DNA of 64,000 nt from positions 69,115,418-69,179,417 of the forward strand of contig NC_057726.1 in the NCBI RefSeq assembly GCF_004010195.1, given 5' to 3'. The DNA is from Chiloscyllium plagiosum (taxonomy: Eukaryota). Positions 13,283-26,706 of the stretch are shown here, piece by piece. How positions within the stretch are numbered: position 1 is the first letter of the stretch; each line of letters begins with the position of its first letter. Under the pieces are notes generated by a model. It worked only from the letters and a program-made list of their open reading frames with translations, was not told the origin of the DNA and did no database searches. The position numbers and the translations under genes were made by a program.

Positions 13283-13925
13283 AGTCATAGAGATGTATAG
13301 CACAGAAACAGATCCTTCGGCCTACTCATCCAAGCCGACCAGATATCGTAAAAAGATCTAGTTCCATTTGCCAGTACTTGACCCATATCCCTCTAAACCA
13401 GATACCGTTTAAATGGTTTAATTGGATGAACCTCCACCACTTTTTCTGGCAGCCCATTCGATGCATACACCATCCTTGCGTGAAACAAAATGCCCCTAAG
13501 GTCACTTTTACATCTTTCGCCTCTCAACTTAAATGTTTGCCATCTAGTTCTAGATTCAGCCAACCCAGGGAAAATACCATGTCTATTTATCCTAAATATG
13601 CCCCTCGTGATTTTATAAACCTCGATAAGGTCACCCCTCAGCCTCGGACACTCCAGGGAATTCAGCCCTAGCCTATTTAGCCTCTCCCTGCAGCTCAAAT
13701 CCTCCAACACTGGCAACATCCTTGGAAATCTTTTCTTAACCCTTGCAACTTTCACAACATCCTTCCTGTAGGAGGGAGACCAGAATTGCACAGAATATTC
13801 CAAAAGTGTCCTAATCAATGTATTGTACGGCTGCAAGATGACCTCCCAATGTCTATACTCAGTGCTCTGACCAATAAAAGAAAGCACACTGAATCGCAAT
13901 CTTCACTATCTTTTCTACCTGAGAC
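13283..13925 (-). mobile_element. CR1 LINE 3' fragment
   Basis: LEYSVQFWSP...RLRGDLIEVYKI. Confidence 0.92.
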
Positions 13926-14046
13926 ACTTGTGTAAATAATCACCGTCATGACTTGATTTTGAGATGATATTGAAAATTTCTTTGTGAAATTTTCATCAAG
14001 AATGATTTACTTGAGTGCTAATTTCATCTCAATGTTGTGTTTTCAG

Positions 14047-14171
14047 ACAAAGCAGAGCATGACAGACAGCAAGCTTTACATCGCTTTAAAGTTCAATGAT
14101 TCCAGACTTCATCAAAACTCAAACACCAAGAAATCAGTCCAGTATATGAAGCAGTGAAAAGCAGCCACTAA
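14047..14171 (+). pseudogene. Gene A terminal cytoplasmic exon with tyrosine motifs
   Basis: ttttcag|TKQSMTDSKLYIALKFNDS; a shifted frame ends SPVYEAVKSSH*; AATAAA at 14181. Homologous to the last exon of gene B. Confidence 0.78.
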
Positions 14172-15928
14172 ATGGGGCAAAATAAAAAATGCTTGAAAGA
14201 TAGATACACAGATTGTATTACAGGGATGTTTATGTTTCTTAACAACTTTACGTTGTTATTTTCCTCATATAAATCCATTGCAATTTTGCAAAACTGTAGA
14301 TTAATTTCTTCCCTTTCAGTAATGGCACCTGGATTCGCTTGTTTTCAGCAATGAAATTATTGCCACAGTTACCACTAAAAATCACAACTCAATTATTTCC
14401 AACTGTAAAAGATCTCCCTATTCCTTTTAAATCTGTACAACGTTTAGCATATTAATCATTGAAATAATTATTGAGTATTTTTATGTGGTTGTATACTGTC
14501 AGATAGTCATCATAATTCCGCTTGCACTAATAACACAGTGCCCAATATATTATACTGATATTTTCATTTTCTTTCTCCAGTCATTACATTTTAACCGAGA
14601 AATTATTGGATTTGCTGTGGCAAATGTTCTCAACGTTTCTATTGGTTAATTGTCCTTAATTTGTTTATGTTTCACTGTCTTTTCTGGCATAAGTTGATAT
14701 TTCATTTTGCTTTCATTGTGGCTCTTGTTTAAATCCTGCTTGTTCCCTTGCTGTGAGAATATTCCTGTTGATTTTTCCAAATCCAGAAAGCTAAGGCTTA
14801 GTTAATTTGCTTAAGTTAATAATTGGCAGTTTGTTCTTCAAATTTTATTCTTAATGTACATTCCATGTGGAGTGGCACTCTGCCCAGACAGCGCAGACCA
14901 ATGCTCCATCTTTGATCTCCAATTACTGGAGTTGCAATCTCATTGTAACATGATATTACAGGAAAAGATTACATGACTCTTGAATGTCTCTGAATAATGA
15001 AAATATAAAGTGATTCTTTATTGAAGTGAGAATGAAATTACGGAAAGAAATCAATTCACATTTGAAGGAAGTGCATTGATATATGCTGAAGCAATGCTTT
15101 CAATGCATATGTGTATTATTTTCAGACAGCAATCTAATGTATAAAAAAAATTTTGTAGTTTTGTATTGACGTGAATGCATTTTTTGACCAACCTATCAAA
15201 AACTTACAAGTGCTCAGCTATAAAAATGAAGTCTTTTGAAAGGCTGCTTGGAAAGTTATAAACTGTGAATTAGCTCGGTAGAGGCAAAAAAAAATGATTA
15301 TGACAAATTCTGTATGTCTTGTGGGAGAAGATTGGACAGCAGCAAAAAAGAACTGGCTGTTTGATTTAATCACATGAAATCTTAAGAAGCCTTGACAGGG
15401 TAAAGTTTGTTCATGTAACAGGAAAACATAGAATAAAGAATCATAGTTTAAAAAATCAGAGGGCGACCATTTGAAAAATGATGGACCTTTTAATCTCCGG
15501 CATTTATGAATCTTTGGACCACTGTTCCTCAAAAGGTAGCAGAAGCAAGTTTCTTGAATATTTTAAAGTCATGAATTGTTAGATTCTGCTAGAACAAGGA
15601 AATGGAAGGTTATTGGAGTGCTGTTTGAATGTAGATTTGAGGTTGCAGTCAGACCTTGTTTGTTTAACCTTCTGGATTTGGTCTCCCAAATGGACTGCCT
15701 TCACACATCAGTCATTTTGTTAAACCTTCTGAATGACAGTGCAGGCTAGAGAGATTGATTGACCTACCCGAGCTTCTAATTTCCATTGTTCATATTGTTT
15801 TGAAGTTGATATTTGACAAGTGTTGGTGTGGGGTGGGGGAGAGGAATTGCACATCCCTCTAAAAGATGGTGTTTTTTTCTTTGCTTAGAGATTTACAATA
15901 GATGTCTGTGAACAGCAGCTAGAAATTC

Positions 15929-16674
15929 TGTAAGTACACAGAGAACCCAGATTGAAACATTTGCTTTAATAGACCATACAGTTCGCAGGCGAAGTAGCAG
16001 TTTTTAACCAAGACTTTTGAATTTAGTCAATTAATTTGAACCAAGTACTTCAATACCAAAATCCTATTAAACTTAAACCTGGTGGCTTATGACAACATAG
16101 GACCAATCCTATTATAAGAAATATTAATATTTCATCACAAGTATAAAAGAAAGGGGCAGTCAGACAGCCTAACCCCCAGCTCTTGAGAGAGAATTGTTGT
16201 CTCTCATGGTCTCCTTTATGCATTCGAGAAAGCACCTTCTAATTAACAATGGTACAAATGACAGCGAAGGCATTCCTGACAGAAGAATAGACGGACAAGA
16301 CACAGAACATTCTGGAAGACACGTAACCTGACTGTAATTTTGAGAGACTAAATTCTATTTTTTGTTATATGAGTTGGATTTATGATTATTGGAATTGCAT
16401 ACCATTAGAATATTGTTATATTCAGGAATGGTTTGTAGTTAGAAGGGATTTATTCGGTTTGTTAAAAGTTTAGTCAACACGTTCAATATTTATGTAAACT
16501 GAGTAAATTGCTACCTGTTGATGTTAAAGTGACTTTCAGGGATTTATTTTGTTTAACCATTAGAAGTTGCTGAAAAACAGGTTAACCATTTTCACTCTCT
16601 TTTTACAAATTATGTGCTCCTCTCTCGGTGTTTTGGATTCAGTTGTCGGGGGAATCAACGTCTGCTTTATAACA
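15929..16674 (+). mobile_element. Probable 5' LTR of a Gypsy (Gmr1-like) retrotransposon
   Basis: TG...tataACA ends, internal TATAAAA at ~16142, and position upstream of the interrupted gag. Confidence 0.5.
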
Positions 16675-16779
16675 GGTTTCAGTTTGTCATCTGGGAGTTG
16701 GACAGATGTGAACAGATTTTGGGTACGAAAGGTCCCAGCAGGCTTAAAAAGATCTTTACCCCCCCCCCCACCCAAACTG

Positions 16780-18276
16780 CAGTGTTGATGTTGGGAATGA
16801 CATTGAACAGGAAGTTTGAGAGGCATGTGATAAGGGAATATCAGTGATCATGGGTGATTTTACTCTGCACATAGATCAGGCAAATCAAATTAGCCACAGA
16901 GCTGTAGAGGGAGAATTCCTGGAATGATTATGGGATGGTTTCCTTGCCCTATATGTACAAGAACCAACTAGAGAGCAGGACATCTGAACCTGGGTACTGT
17001 GTAATCAGAAGGGAATCGTTGCTAATCTAACTGTGTGAGACCATTGGGGATGAGCGACCATAAAACGCTAGAATTTTTATCAAGATGGAGAGTGAGGTTG
17101 TTGATTCAGAGACTAGGATGCTGAATCTTAATAAAGGAAGCTATGGAGATATGAGGCATGAGTTGGCCTTGATACATTGGGGAGAGTTAGTTGAAGGGAT
17201 GACAGGATAGGCAATGGCAAACATTCAAGGAATGCATGGGAGAAATGCAACAATTGTTTATTCCTGGACAGCACAAAAGCTAAATGGGTAAGAGGGCCAA
17301 TCCATGGATTGCAAAGGAAATTAGAGATAGTGTCTGATCCAAGGAAGAAGCATATAGATTTGCAAAGTAACATAATAAGTCAGAGGATTGGGAGCACATT
17401 AGAATTCATCAAAGAAGGACTCAGAGATTGATTAAGAAAGGGAAAGTACAGTACAAAAGTAAGCTTGCAGGAAATATGAAGACTGGCGCTCAGAGTTTCT
17501 CGAGATTTTTGATACAAAAGAGATTGCTGAAGACAAATCTAGGTCCCTCACAGATAGAAACGGGGGAGTGTATAAAATGGCTGAGCAACCGAATACATGT
17601 TCTGATTCTGCCTTCACAAAGAGGACACAAATAAGATACCAGAAATGTAGGAGATTACAAGATTTAGTGAGAGCAAAGAACTGAGAAAAATGGTGCTGGG
17701 CAAATTGAGGAGATTGAAGGTGAATAAATCCCCAGGGGCTGATAACCCCATCCCAGAGTATTTAAGGAAGTGGCTCTAGAAATAGTGGATGCATTAGTGG
17801 TCATCTTCCAGGATTCTATAGGAAGAGTCCTTGCAGATTGGAGGGTAGCTAATGCAAGATTATATCACATGGGATTGGGGATAGTGTTTTGAAATGGATA
17901 GAAAATTAGTTGGCAGAGAGGAAACAAGGAGGAGGAATTAATGGGTCATTTTCAAATTGGCAGGCAATAATTAGTGGGATGCCACAGTGATCAGTGCTAG
18001 GACCCAAGCTGTTCACAATAAATATTAATGATTGGGTGAGGGAACAAATTCAACATCTCAAAGTTTGCAGATGATATCAACTTGGGTGGGAGGGTGAAAC
18101 GAGGATGCAGAGATCCTTCACAAAGATCTGGGACAGGTTGGGAGAGAGGGCAAATCAATGGCAGATGCAGTAAAATTATGATAAATATGAGGTTATTCAT
18201 TTTGGAAGCAAAAACAAGAAGCTAGATTACTACCTGAATGACTATAAATTGGGAGAGGAGAGTGTTGCCGTGGGAC
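16780..18276 (+). mobile_element. Older CR1 LINE, 5' part (resumes at 22669)
   Basis: Degenerate endonuclease/RT motifs (MGDF, SDH, KSPG.D, KFADD). Confidence 0.85.
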
Positions 18277-19233
18277 CGTGGGGGGGGGGGGGGGGGGGGA
18301 GGGGGGGCGGAGGGTCACCACTATGTCGCTGCTGACTGCATCTGTGGGAAGTACATCCAACTCCAGCTCCTTGAAAACTGCGTTAGGGAGCTGGAGCTGG
18401 AGCCGGATGAACGTCAGATTATTTGGGAGGTGGAGGGGGTTATTGAGAGATGTTACAGGGAGATAGTCACACCTCAGGTACAAGAAGAAGGTAGATGGGT
18501 TATCATCAGGGGATGGAAATGGAGGCAGGCATTTCAAGCATCCCCTGCAGCCATTCCCCTCAACAATAAGTATACTGTTTTGGAAACTGTCTGGGGAGGT
18601 GGACTTACCAGGTTAAGCAATGGGGCACATGTATCTGGCACAGATTCTGTCCCTGTTGTTCAGAAGGGAAGGGAGAAGAGGAGCAGAGCATTAGTCATTG
18701 GGAACTCCATTGTTAGGGGGACAGTTAGGAGGTTCTGTGGGATGAGAGAGACTCAAAGTTTGTGTGTTGCCTCCCAGGTGCCAAAGTTTGTGATATCTCT
18801 GATTGTGTTTTCGGGATCCTTGAGGAGGAGGGGGAGGGGGAGCAGCCCCAAATCATGGTCCACATAGGTAGGAAAAGAGATAGGGATTTAAGGCAGAAAT
18901 TCAGGGAGCTAGGGTGGAAGATGAACCAGTGGGGTACCAATACCCTGGGGTGAAATTTGCTAATGCTTCTTGGAAGGGTTTAAACTAATTCAGCACGGTG
19001 ATGGGAAGCTAAATTGTAGTTCTAGTATACAGGAGATTGAGAGTAGTGAGGTCGGAAATATGATTTCAAGGTCACAAGCGGGCAATGGCAAGCAAGATGC
19101 TGGTTTGAAGTGTTTCTACGTCAACGTCAGGAGCATCTGGAAAAATGTGGCTGAACTTCCAGCATGGGTTGGTGCCTGGGATTTCGATGCTGTGGCCATT
19201 TTGGAGACATGGATAGAGCAAGGATAGGAATGG

Positions 19234-19507
19234 TTGTTGCAGGTTCCAGGATTTAGATGTTTCAGTAAAAACGGAGAAAATGGTAAAAGAGGTGGTGGTG
19301 TGGCTTTGTTGGTCAAGGATAGCATTATTGTGGCAGAAAAGATGTTTGAGGACTTGTCTACTGAAGTAGTTTGTTGCAGGTTCCAGGATTTAGATGTTTC
19401 AGTAAAAATGGAGAAAATGGTAAAAGAGGTGGTGGTGTGGCTTCGTTAGTCAAGGGTAGCATTATTGTGGCAGAAAAGATGTATGAGGACTTGTCTACTG
19501 AAGTAGT
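19234..19507 (+). repeat. 137-bp tandem duplication within the CR1 endonuclease region
   Basis: 19234-19370 and 19371-19507 are nearly identical (LQVPGFRCFSKNGENGKRGGGVA twice). Confidence 0.95.
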
Positions 19508-21284
19508 ATGGACTGTAAATAAACACAGGAAAGGAGAGGATACCCTGGTGGGAGTTTTCTGTAGGCATGTGAATAGTTCCAGAGATGTAAAGGAAAGGAT
19601 ACCAAAGATGATTCTCAAGAGAAACGAGCGTGATAGGGTAGTTCTTATGGGGGAATAGTAACATTCCGTATATTGACTCGGAATTCTATAGTTCAAGTAC
19701 TTTCGATGGGTCAATTTTTGTCCAATGTGTGCAGGAGGATTTCCTGACACAGTATGTAGACAGGCCAACAAGGGGGGGTGGCCATGTTGGATTTGGTTTT
19801 TGGTAATGAATCCGGCCAGTTGTTAGATTTGGAGGTATGTGAGGAGTTTGGTGATAGTGACCACAATTCGGTTATGCTTACTTCAGCGATGGAAAGGGGT
19901 AGGTATATACTGCATGGCAAGAGTTATAGCTGGGGGAAAAGCAATTATGATGCAATTCAGCAAGATTTAGGATGTAGAGGATGGGGAAGGAAACGGCAGG
20001 GGATGAGCACAATTGAAATATGGAGCTTATTCAAGGAACAGCTACTGCATGTCCTTGATAAGTATATACCTGTCAGGCATGGAGGAAGTTGTTGAGCGAG
20101 GGAGCCGTTGAAGTTGAAGTTGAAGCGCTTGTCAAGAGGAAGAAACATAAAGGCTCAGTTAGGGCACTTGCAAGTTACAAGTTAGCCAGGAAAGACCTAA
20201 AGAGTGAGTTCAGAAAAGGCAGGAGGGGAGATGAAAAGTTGTTGGCAGATAGAATCAAGTAAAACCCTAAGGCTTTCTCCAGGTTTATCAGGAATGAAAG
20301 AATGACTAGAGTAACATTAGGGCCAATCAAGAACAGTAGTCGGAAGTTGTGCAGTCAAAAGAGACAGGAGAAGCACTCCATGAATATTTTTTGTCAGTAT
20401 TCACACTCAAAAAAGACAATCTTGTTGAGGAGATACAGGTGACTAGACTAGATGGGATTGAAGTTCACAAGGAGTAGGTGTTAGCAATTCTATAAAGTGT
20501 AAACATTCGTAAGTCCACTGGACCGGATGGGATTTTTCCAAGGTTCTCTTGGAAGCCAGGGAAGAGATTGCAGAGTTTTTGGCTTTGATCTTTATGTCAT
20601 CATTGTCTACAGGAATAGTGTCAGAAAACTGGAGGATAGAAATATCGTTCCCTTGTTCAAGAAAGGGTGTAGAGATAAACCTGTTAGACCAGTGATCTTT
20701 AATTCAGTTACAGATAAAGTGTTGAAAACGTTATAAGAGATAGGATTTATAATCATCTGGAAAGGAATAAGTTGATTAAGGATAGTCAACACGGTTTTGT
20801 GAAGGGTAGGTTATGCTTCACAAATCTTATTGAGTTATTTGAGAAGGTGACCAAGCAAGTGAATAAGGATCAAGCAGTTGATGTAGTGTACACGGACTTC
20901 AGTAAGGTGTTTGATAAGGTTCCCCATGGTAGGCTATTGCACAAAATAGGACGGCATGGGATTGAGTGTGATTTAGTGGTTTGCAGCAGAATTTGGCTAG
21001 CTGAAGGAAGACAGACGTTGGTGATTGATGGGAAATGTTCATCCTGGAGGTCAGTTACTAGTGGTGTACTGCAAGGATCTGTCTTAGGTCCACTGTTGTT
21101 TGTCATTTTTATAAATGACCTGGATGAGGGCATAAAAAGATGGGTTAGTAAATCTGCAGACGACACTGTTGTTGAAGGATGCTGTAGGTTACAGAGGGAC
21201 AGAGATATGCTGGAGAGCCGGGCTGAGATCTGGCAAATGGAGTTTAATGTTGAAAAGTGTGAGGTGATTCACTTTGGAAGATGG

Positions 21285-21590
21285 AGCAGTTTGCGTGATA
21301 AGGTGGCTCAGTGGTTACCACTGCAGCCTGACAGCACCAGGGTCCCAGGTTCGTTTCCAGCCTCTGACAATTGCCTCTGTGGAATATGCACATTCTCCCC
21401 ATGTCTGTGTGGGTTTCCTCCCACTGTCCAAAGATGTGCGGGCCAGGTGAATTGGCCATGTTAAATTGCCTATAGTGCTAGGTACATTAGTCAGGGGGAA
21501 AATGGGTCTGGGTGGGTTACTCTTCAGAGGGTCGGTGTGGACTTGTCGGGACGACAGGCCTGTTTCCACACTTTAGGTAATCTAATCTAA
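21285..21590 (+). mobile_element. HE1/V-SINE-type SINE nested in CR1
   Basis: SINE consensus interrupting ORF2 after CEVIHFGR. Confidence 0.9.
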
Positions 21591-21894
21591 ACAAGAATGC
21601 AGAATACTGCGCTAATGTTATATTTCTTGGTAATATAGATGAACAGAGAGAACTCGGTTTTCATGTACATAGATCCCTGAAAGTTGCCAACCAGTTTGTT
21701 CGGGTTGTTAAGAAGGTATACAGTGTGTTAGCTTTTATTAGTGGAGGGATTGAGTTTTGGATCCAAGAGGTCATTTTGCTGCTGCACAAAACTCTGGTGC
21801 AGCTGCACTTGGAGTATTGCAAACAGTTCTGGTCACTGCATTATAGGAAGTATGTGGAAGCTTTGGAAAGGATTAATAGGAGATTCACTTGGTT

Positions 21895-22203
21895 GATTAG
21901 ATTAGATTACTTTATAGTGTGGAAACAGGCCCTTCGGCCCAACAAGTCCACACCGACCCGCCAAAGCTCAACCCACCCCTACATTTACCCCTTACCTAAC
22001 ACTACGGACAATTTAGCATGGCCAATTCACCTGACCTGCACATCTTTGGACTGTGGGAGGAAACCAGAGCACCCGGAGGAAACCCACGCAGACACGGGGA
22101 GAACGTGCAAACTCCACACAGTCAGTCGCCTGAGGCGGGAATTGAACCCGGATCTCTGGCGCTGTGAGGAAGCAGTGCTAACCACTGTGCCACCGTGCCG
22201 CCC
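21895..22203 (-). mobile_element. HE1/V-SINE-type SINE nested in CR1
   Basis: Young SINE consensus interrupting RRFT/RLLPG. Confidence 0.93.
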
Positions 22204-22668
22204 ACTCCATACCAGATTGCTGCCTGGTATGGACAGAAAGTCATATGAGGAAAGGCTGAAGGGCTTGAGGCTATTTTCATGCAAAAGAAGAAGGTTGCTA
22301 GGTGACTTAATTGAGACATTTAAGACAATCAGAGGGCTAGATAGGGTGGAACAGTGAGAGCCTTTTTCCTTGGATGGTGATGGCTAGCACAAGGGGACAT
22401 AGCTTTAAATTGAGGGGGTGATAGATATAGGACAAATGTCAGGGGTAATTTCTTTACTCAGAGAGTAGTAGGGGTGTGGAACCTCCTGCCTGCAACAGTA
22501 GTAGACTCACCAAATTTAAGGGCATTTAATTGGTCTTTTGATTGACATTTGGATGAAAAGGGAGCAGTGAAGGTTAGATAGACTTCAGATTGGTTTCACA
22601 GGTTGGTGCAACATCGAGGGCTGAAGGGCCTATACTGGGCTGTAATGTTCCATGTTCTATGATCTATG

Positions 22669-23273
22669 AGTACAGGATCAAGGATATGTTGTTGCATTGT
22701 TGCACTTGTACAGGGCTTTATTGAAGCTACACCTCAAATGTTGTGTGCACTTTTGGTCTCCTTCTCTGAGGAAGAATACTCTTGCTCTTGAGGGATTGCA
22801 GTGAAGATTTAACAGGCTGACTTCAGCAATGCGGGGACTGACGTATGACAAGACTGTGTTAGAATTGAGTTCAGATGAGTGAGGAGGGATCTCATTGAGA
22901 CTTATAAAATTCTAACAGGACGAAACAGGGTAGATGCAGGGAGATGTTCCCCATTGTGGGTGCATCCAGAACCAGAGGTTACAGTCTGAGGATTCGGGGT
23001 GGACCATTTAGGTTGGAGATGAGGAGACATTTCTTCACTGAAAAAGTGATGAGCCTGTGGAATTAATTACCACAGGAAGTAGTTGAGACCAAAACATGGA
23101 ATGTATCCAAGAAGCAGCTAGATATAGCACTTGGGGTGAATGGGCACAAAGGTTCTGGGGAGAAAACAGGGTTATGCTACTGAGTTGAAGGATCAGCCAT
23201 GATCATAATGGTAAAGCAGGCTAGAAGGGCTGAATGGCCTCCTCCTGCTCCTATCTTCTATGTTTTAATGTCT
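22669..23273 (+). mobile_element. Older CR1 LINE, 3' part
   Basis: ORF2 C-terminus and 3' end cctcctgctcctatcttctatgtt. Confidence 0.85.
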
Positions 23274-24470
23274 AAACAAACTTGGGACTCGTGTCTGAGA
23301 TCATTAATAAGAAAGCTGTAATTGTATTAGAGTTAACCAAGCAGTTGGGTTTATCAGAGAAACGGCCATGCACAGTGGAGTTAGAAAATATTGAATTGCA
23401 AATGACATAAATAGAGTTAAAAAGTGAACTTGAAAGGGAAAAAAGAGAGAGAATGTTGGGGACTGAAACAGTCTGAATTATGGTTAAAAGCAGAAGAATG
23501 GGAAAGAATGTTTGAATTGGAACAGTTGGAACCTGAAGCAAAAGATTTCAAATGACAGAACTAACAGACTGAAGTGATGATGAGCAAACTCAGCGGAACC
23601 AACAGCCTGGTAGATCCAAATATGTCCAAACATTACCAAAGTTTGATGGGAAAGATGTCGGAGCCTTTTTCATTTCCTCTGAGAAATTGCCTACACAGAT
23701 AAACTGGCCAGACACTGTGTGACTAATGTTAATTCAGTCCACTTTGGTTGGCAGGGCTATTGAGGTGTTTGCAGTGCTGTCAGAGGACGTATTAGGAGGA
23801 TATGAAGAAGTAAAAAAGGCTATTTGAGCTGCCTATGAATTGGTACCAGAAGCATATAGACAACGGTTCAAAAATGCAAAAATGGAACCAGGTCAGACTT
23901 ATATTGAGTTTGAAAGAATTAAACAGAACAGCTTGCATAGATGGATGAGAGCATGAAAGACAGAAAAGAAATATGAGGCTGTTAGAGAAATTATTCTGTT
24001 GGAGAAGTTTAAACCTCACTTCCAGAAATGGTAAGAACTCATGGGCGGCACGGTGGCACAGTGGTTAGCACTGCTGCCTCACAGCGCCTGAGACCCGGGT
24101 TCAATTCCCGCCTCAGGCGACTGACTGTGTGGAGTTTGCACGTTCTCCCCGTGTCTGCGTGGGTTTCCTCCGGGTGCTCCGGTTTCCTCCCACAGTCCAA
24201 AAGATGTGCAGGGTCAGGTGAATTGGCCATGCTAAATTGCCCGTAGTGTTAGGTAAGGGGTAAATGTAGGGGTATGGGTGGGTTTCGCTTCGGCGGGTCG
24301 GTGTGGACTTGTTGGGCCGAAGGGCCTGTTTCCACACTGTAATGTAATCTAATCTAATAATCATGTTGAGGAATAGAATGTTCGAACAGTGAGGAGAGCT
24401 GCAGAGATGTCGGATGAACATGCATTAGTGCATCAAATGAAATTGAGCTTCCAGCAACAATTTCAAAGAC
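23274..24470 (+). mobile_element. gag: Gmr1-like Gypsy gag remnant with SCAN-like domain
   Basis: Hand translation with stops: LPKFDGKDVGAFFISSEK..INWP..STLVGRAIEVF..YEEVKKAI*AAYELVPEAYRQRFKN..HRWMRA..REIILLEKFK..RRAAEMSDEH. Confidence 0.88.
24044..24360 (+). mobile_element. Young HE1/V-SINE-type SINE with TSD
   Basis: Full consensus flanked by tcatg at 24039-24043 and 24361-24365. Confidence 0.96.
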
Positions 24471-24679
24471 ATTAATGACCAACTTCTAATCCTACTTTGT
24501 TATAGGAAATGAAGCAGAAAATAGCTTCTCTAATTCACATCTCTGTTGAAGTAGCGTAAACACAGAAAATACAGGACAGTCAGTTTCACCCAGTGGTGGG
24601 GAAGGTATTGGGAACCTCAATCTACATTAAAATTATACACCAATTGGACAAAGATTAATTAATTCAGAAAATGGGTTGC

Positions 24680-25185
24680 AAATCACAGAATTGTTGCATT
24701 GCAATGGCGGCCATTTGATCCATGATCCCTGCATCAATTCTATTATGCAATGCCAATCTCCTCCATTTCCTAATATCCCTTCATACATTTCTATCCAAGT
24801 AACCATCCAATGTTCTTTTGCAAGCTTTGTTTGAACCTGCTTCACTACATCCATGGAGTGTGCATTCCATATGCTAACAACTTGCTGTGTGAAAAAAATG
24901 GATTTCTCACATTGCTCTTGCTTCATTTGGACATCACTTTAAATCTGTGCCCTCTCGCTTTTATTTATTTTGAGTGAAAACAGTTTCTTCCTATATTCTC
25001 TATCCAACATGCTCATAATTTTTAAAGGCTCTATCAAATTTCCTCTTCTTCTTTTCTCAGAGAATAATCCCAACATCTTCAATCTTTATGAAACTTCTCA
25101 TTTCTGGAACCATTCTTTAAATCACTTCTGCACTCTCTCCAGTGCATTGACATCTTTCCTATTTCCCACAACTATACACAACTGA
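24680..25185 (-). mobile_element. Old CR1 3' fragment
   Basis: FFTQQVVSIWNA motif. Confidence 0.7.
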
Positions 25186-25589
25186 TCTGATAGAGCTGAC
25201 TCCTCTGATTCAGTGAGTTCTTAATTCTTTTCATAGTCCGAATGTTAGAGTCTTCCCTTGTTTCTTTGTCTCCTCGTTGGCACGTATATGGGAATTATGA
25301 AATGGAGTAAAGTGTAAGTGAGAGAGGTCCCAATTTCTCAATCTTACCTCTCATATGAGGCACGGTGCACCTCAGGTTAAACCACCACTAATTGTCTCTC
25401 CATAATGAGAGAGAAGCACTCTGATCCATTGGGGCTATGTTGCCATTATCAGTTAATAATTCAAGATACTTTGTTGACATGATTGAAACCATGTCATTGC
25501 CATAAATAGTGATTTTCTTGGAAAAGATAAAATCTTCTGTGTGCAATCACTTAAACATAGCGAGGTAGTTTGGTACATTTGGGCAACTG

Positions 25590-25952
25590 AGAGTCATAGA
25601 ATCATAGAGATGTACAACTTTACATATTAATCTTTTATGTGAGATGTACAGCATGGAAACAGACCCTTTGGTCCAACCCGTCCATGCCGACCAGATATCC
25701 CAACCCAATCTATTCCCACCTGCCAGCACCCGGCCCATATCCCTTCAAACCCTTCCTATTCATATACCCAACCAAATGCCTCTTAAGTGTTGCAATTGTA
25801 CCAGCCTCCACCACAACCTCTGGCAGCTCATTCCATCCACGTACCACCCTCTGTGTGAAAAAGTTGCCCCTTGGGTCTCTTTTATATCTTTCCCCTCTCA
25901 TCCTAAACCTATGCCCTCTAGTTCTGGACTCCCCGACCCCTGGGAAAAGACT
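25590..25952 (-). mobile_element. CR1 3' fragment
   Basis: GESRTRGHRF...NFFTQRVVRGWNELP. Confidence 0.92.
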
Positions 25953-26411
25953 GTTGGAAAGAGGAATCATTTCTTCTTAACACATTCATAAATGGTCAAA
26001 ACCATAAACTAACATTGTCTTGTTGCAGATTTTCCAACTAGGAGGAAATGAAATAAAACAGGAGGAAAGAAAATAAAACATTTTCTCAGCGTCATGATGT
26101 GTACATATTTTAATTTGATCATCTCTCAATCTTCTAAAATCAAGTGATTAAAAATATGTTTGACCCTCATCATAAGGATGTCCCTCTAACTAGGAAAAAG
26201 TACTGGTGAGAATTGCTTGCACTTCCATGGAGAAAGATACCTTCAATATGAAAATGAATCAACACTAAGCACATAGCCTTGAATGTGATGACACTTCATA
26301 AAAAAAACTTCTTTTCAGATGTCTCAATGCATTTCACTGCAATTAAGTCAATGTTAGGCTTTATTGTGACATCTGTAGGGCCTTTAATCAAGGTAGTTTT
26401 TTCGCTGGCTT

Positions 26412-26461
26412 TTATTTCCTTGTGATGTTGTACTGTTATTTCCTTGTGATGTTGTACTGTT
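26412..26461. repeat. 24-bp tandem duplication
   Basis: ttatttccttgtgatgttgtactg twice. Confidence 0.9.
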
Positions 26462-26706
26462 GCTGCATATAAGGAACAAATTAATTTTGCAACCTTCTTG
26501 ATGTATTTGTGACACATTAAATTTTCTGACAAACAAGTTCTTGTTGTGAATTATTACCGCTCACGCAAAATTCCATCTAGTGTTTATTGCTCTTCTCCAA
26601 AACACTCCCGTTTTTCACAAAGCTGTGTTGGTACTAAATAAGGAAAATGACCTGCTGTGAATTCACCACTGAGGAATTTGGACCTGATTTTCTAAGAATG
26701 GTTACA

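Larger units (their letters stand above)
5306..14171 (+). pseudogene. Gene A: V-C1-TM-cytoplasmic IgSF receptor pseudogene (non-rearranging antigen-receptor/NKp30/SIRP-like), 6 exons
   Basis: Collinear exons 5306-5360, 5678-5988, 7720-8014, 8870-8982, 9379-9426 and 14047-14171, matching gene B exon for exon. Frameshifts or stops occur in V, C1, TM and tail. Confidence 0.88.
18310..22668 (+). mobile_element. Near full-length decayed CR1 LINE (ORF1 zinc finger/leucine zipper/esterase plus ORF2 EN-RT)
   Basis: [64 protein letters not shown] and [10 protein letters not shown], with a (ttctatg) tail. Confidence 0.93.

Noticed and set aside
24044-24115. tRNA gene
   Set aside because: It is the tRNA-derived head of a SINE.
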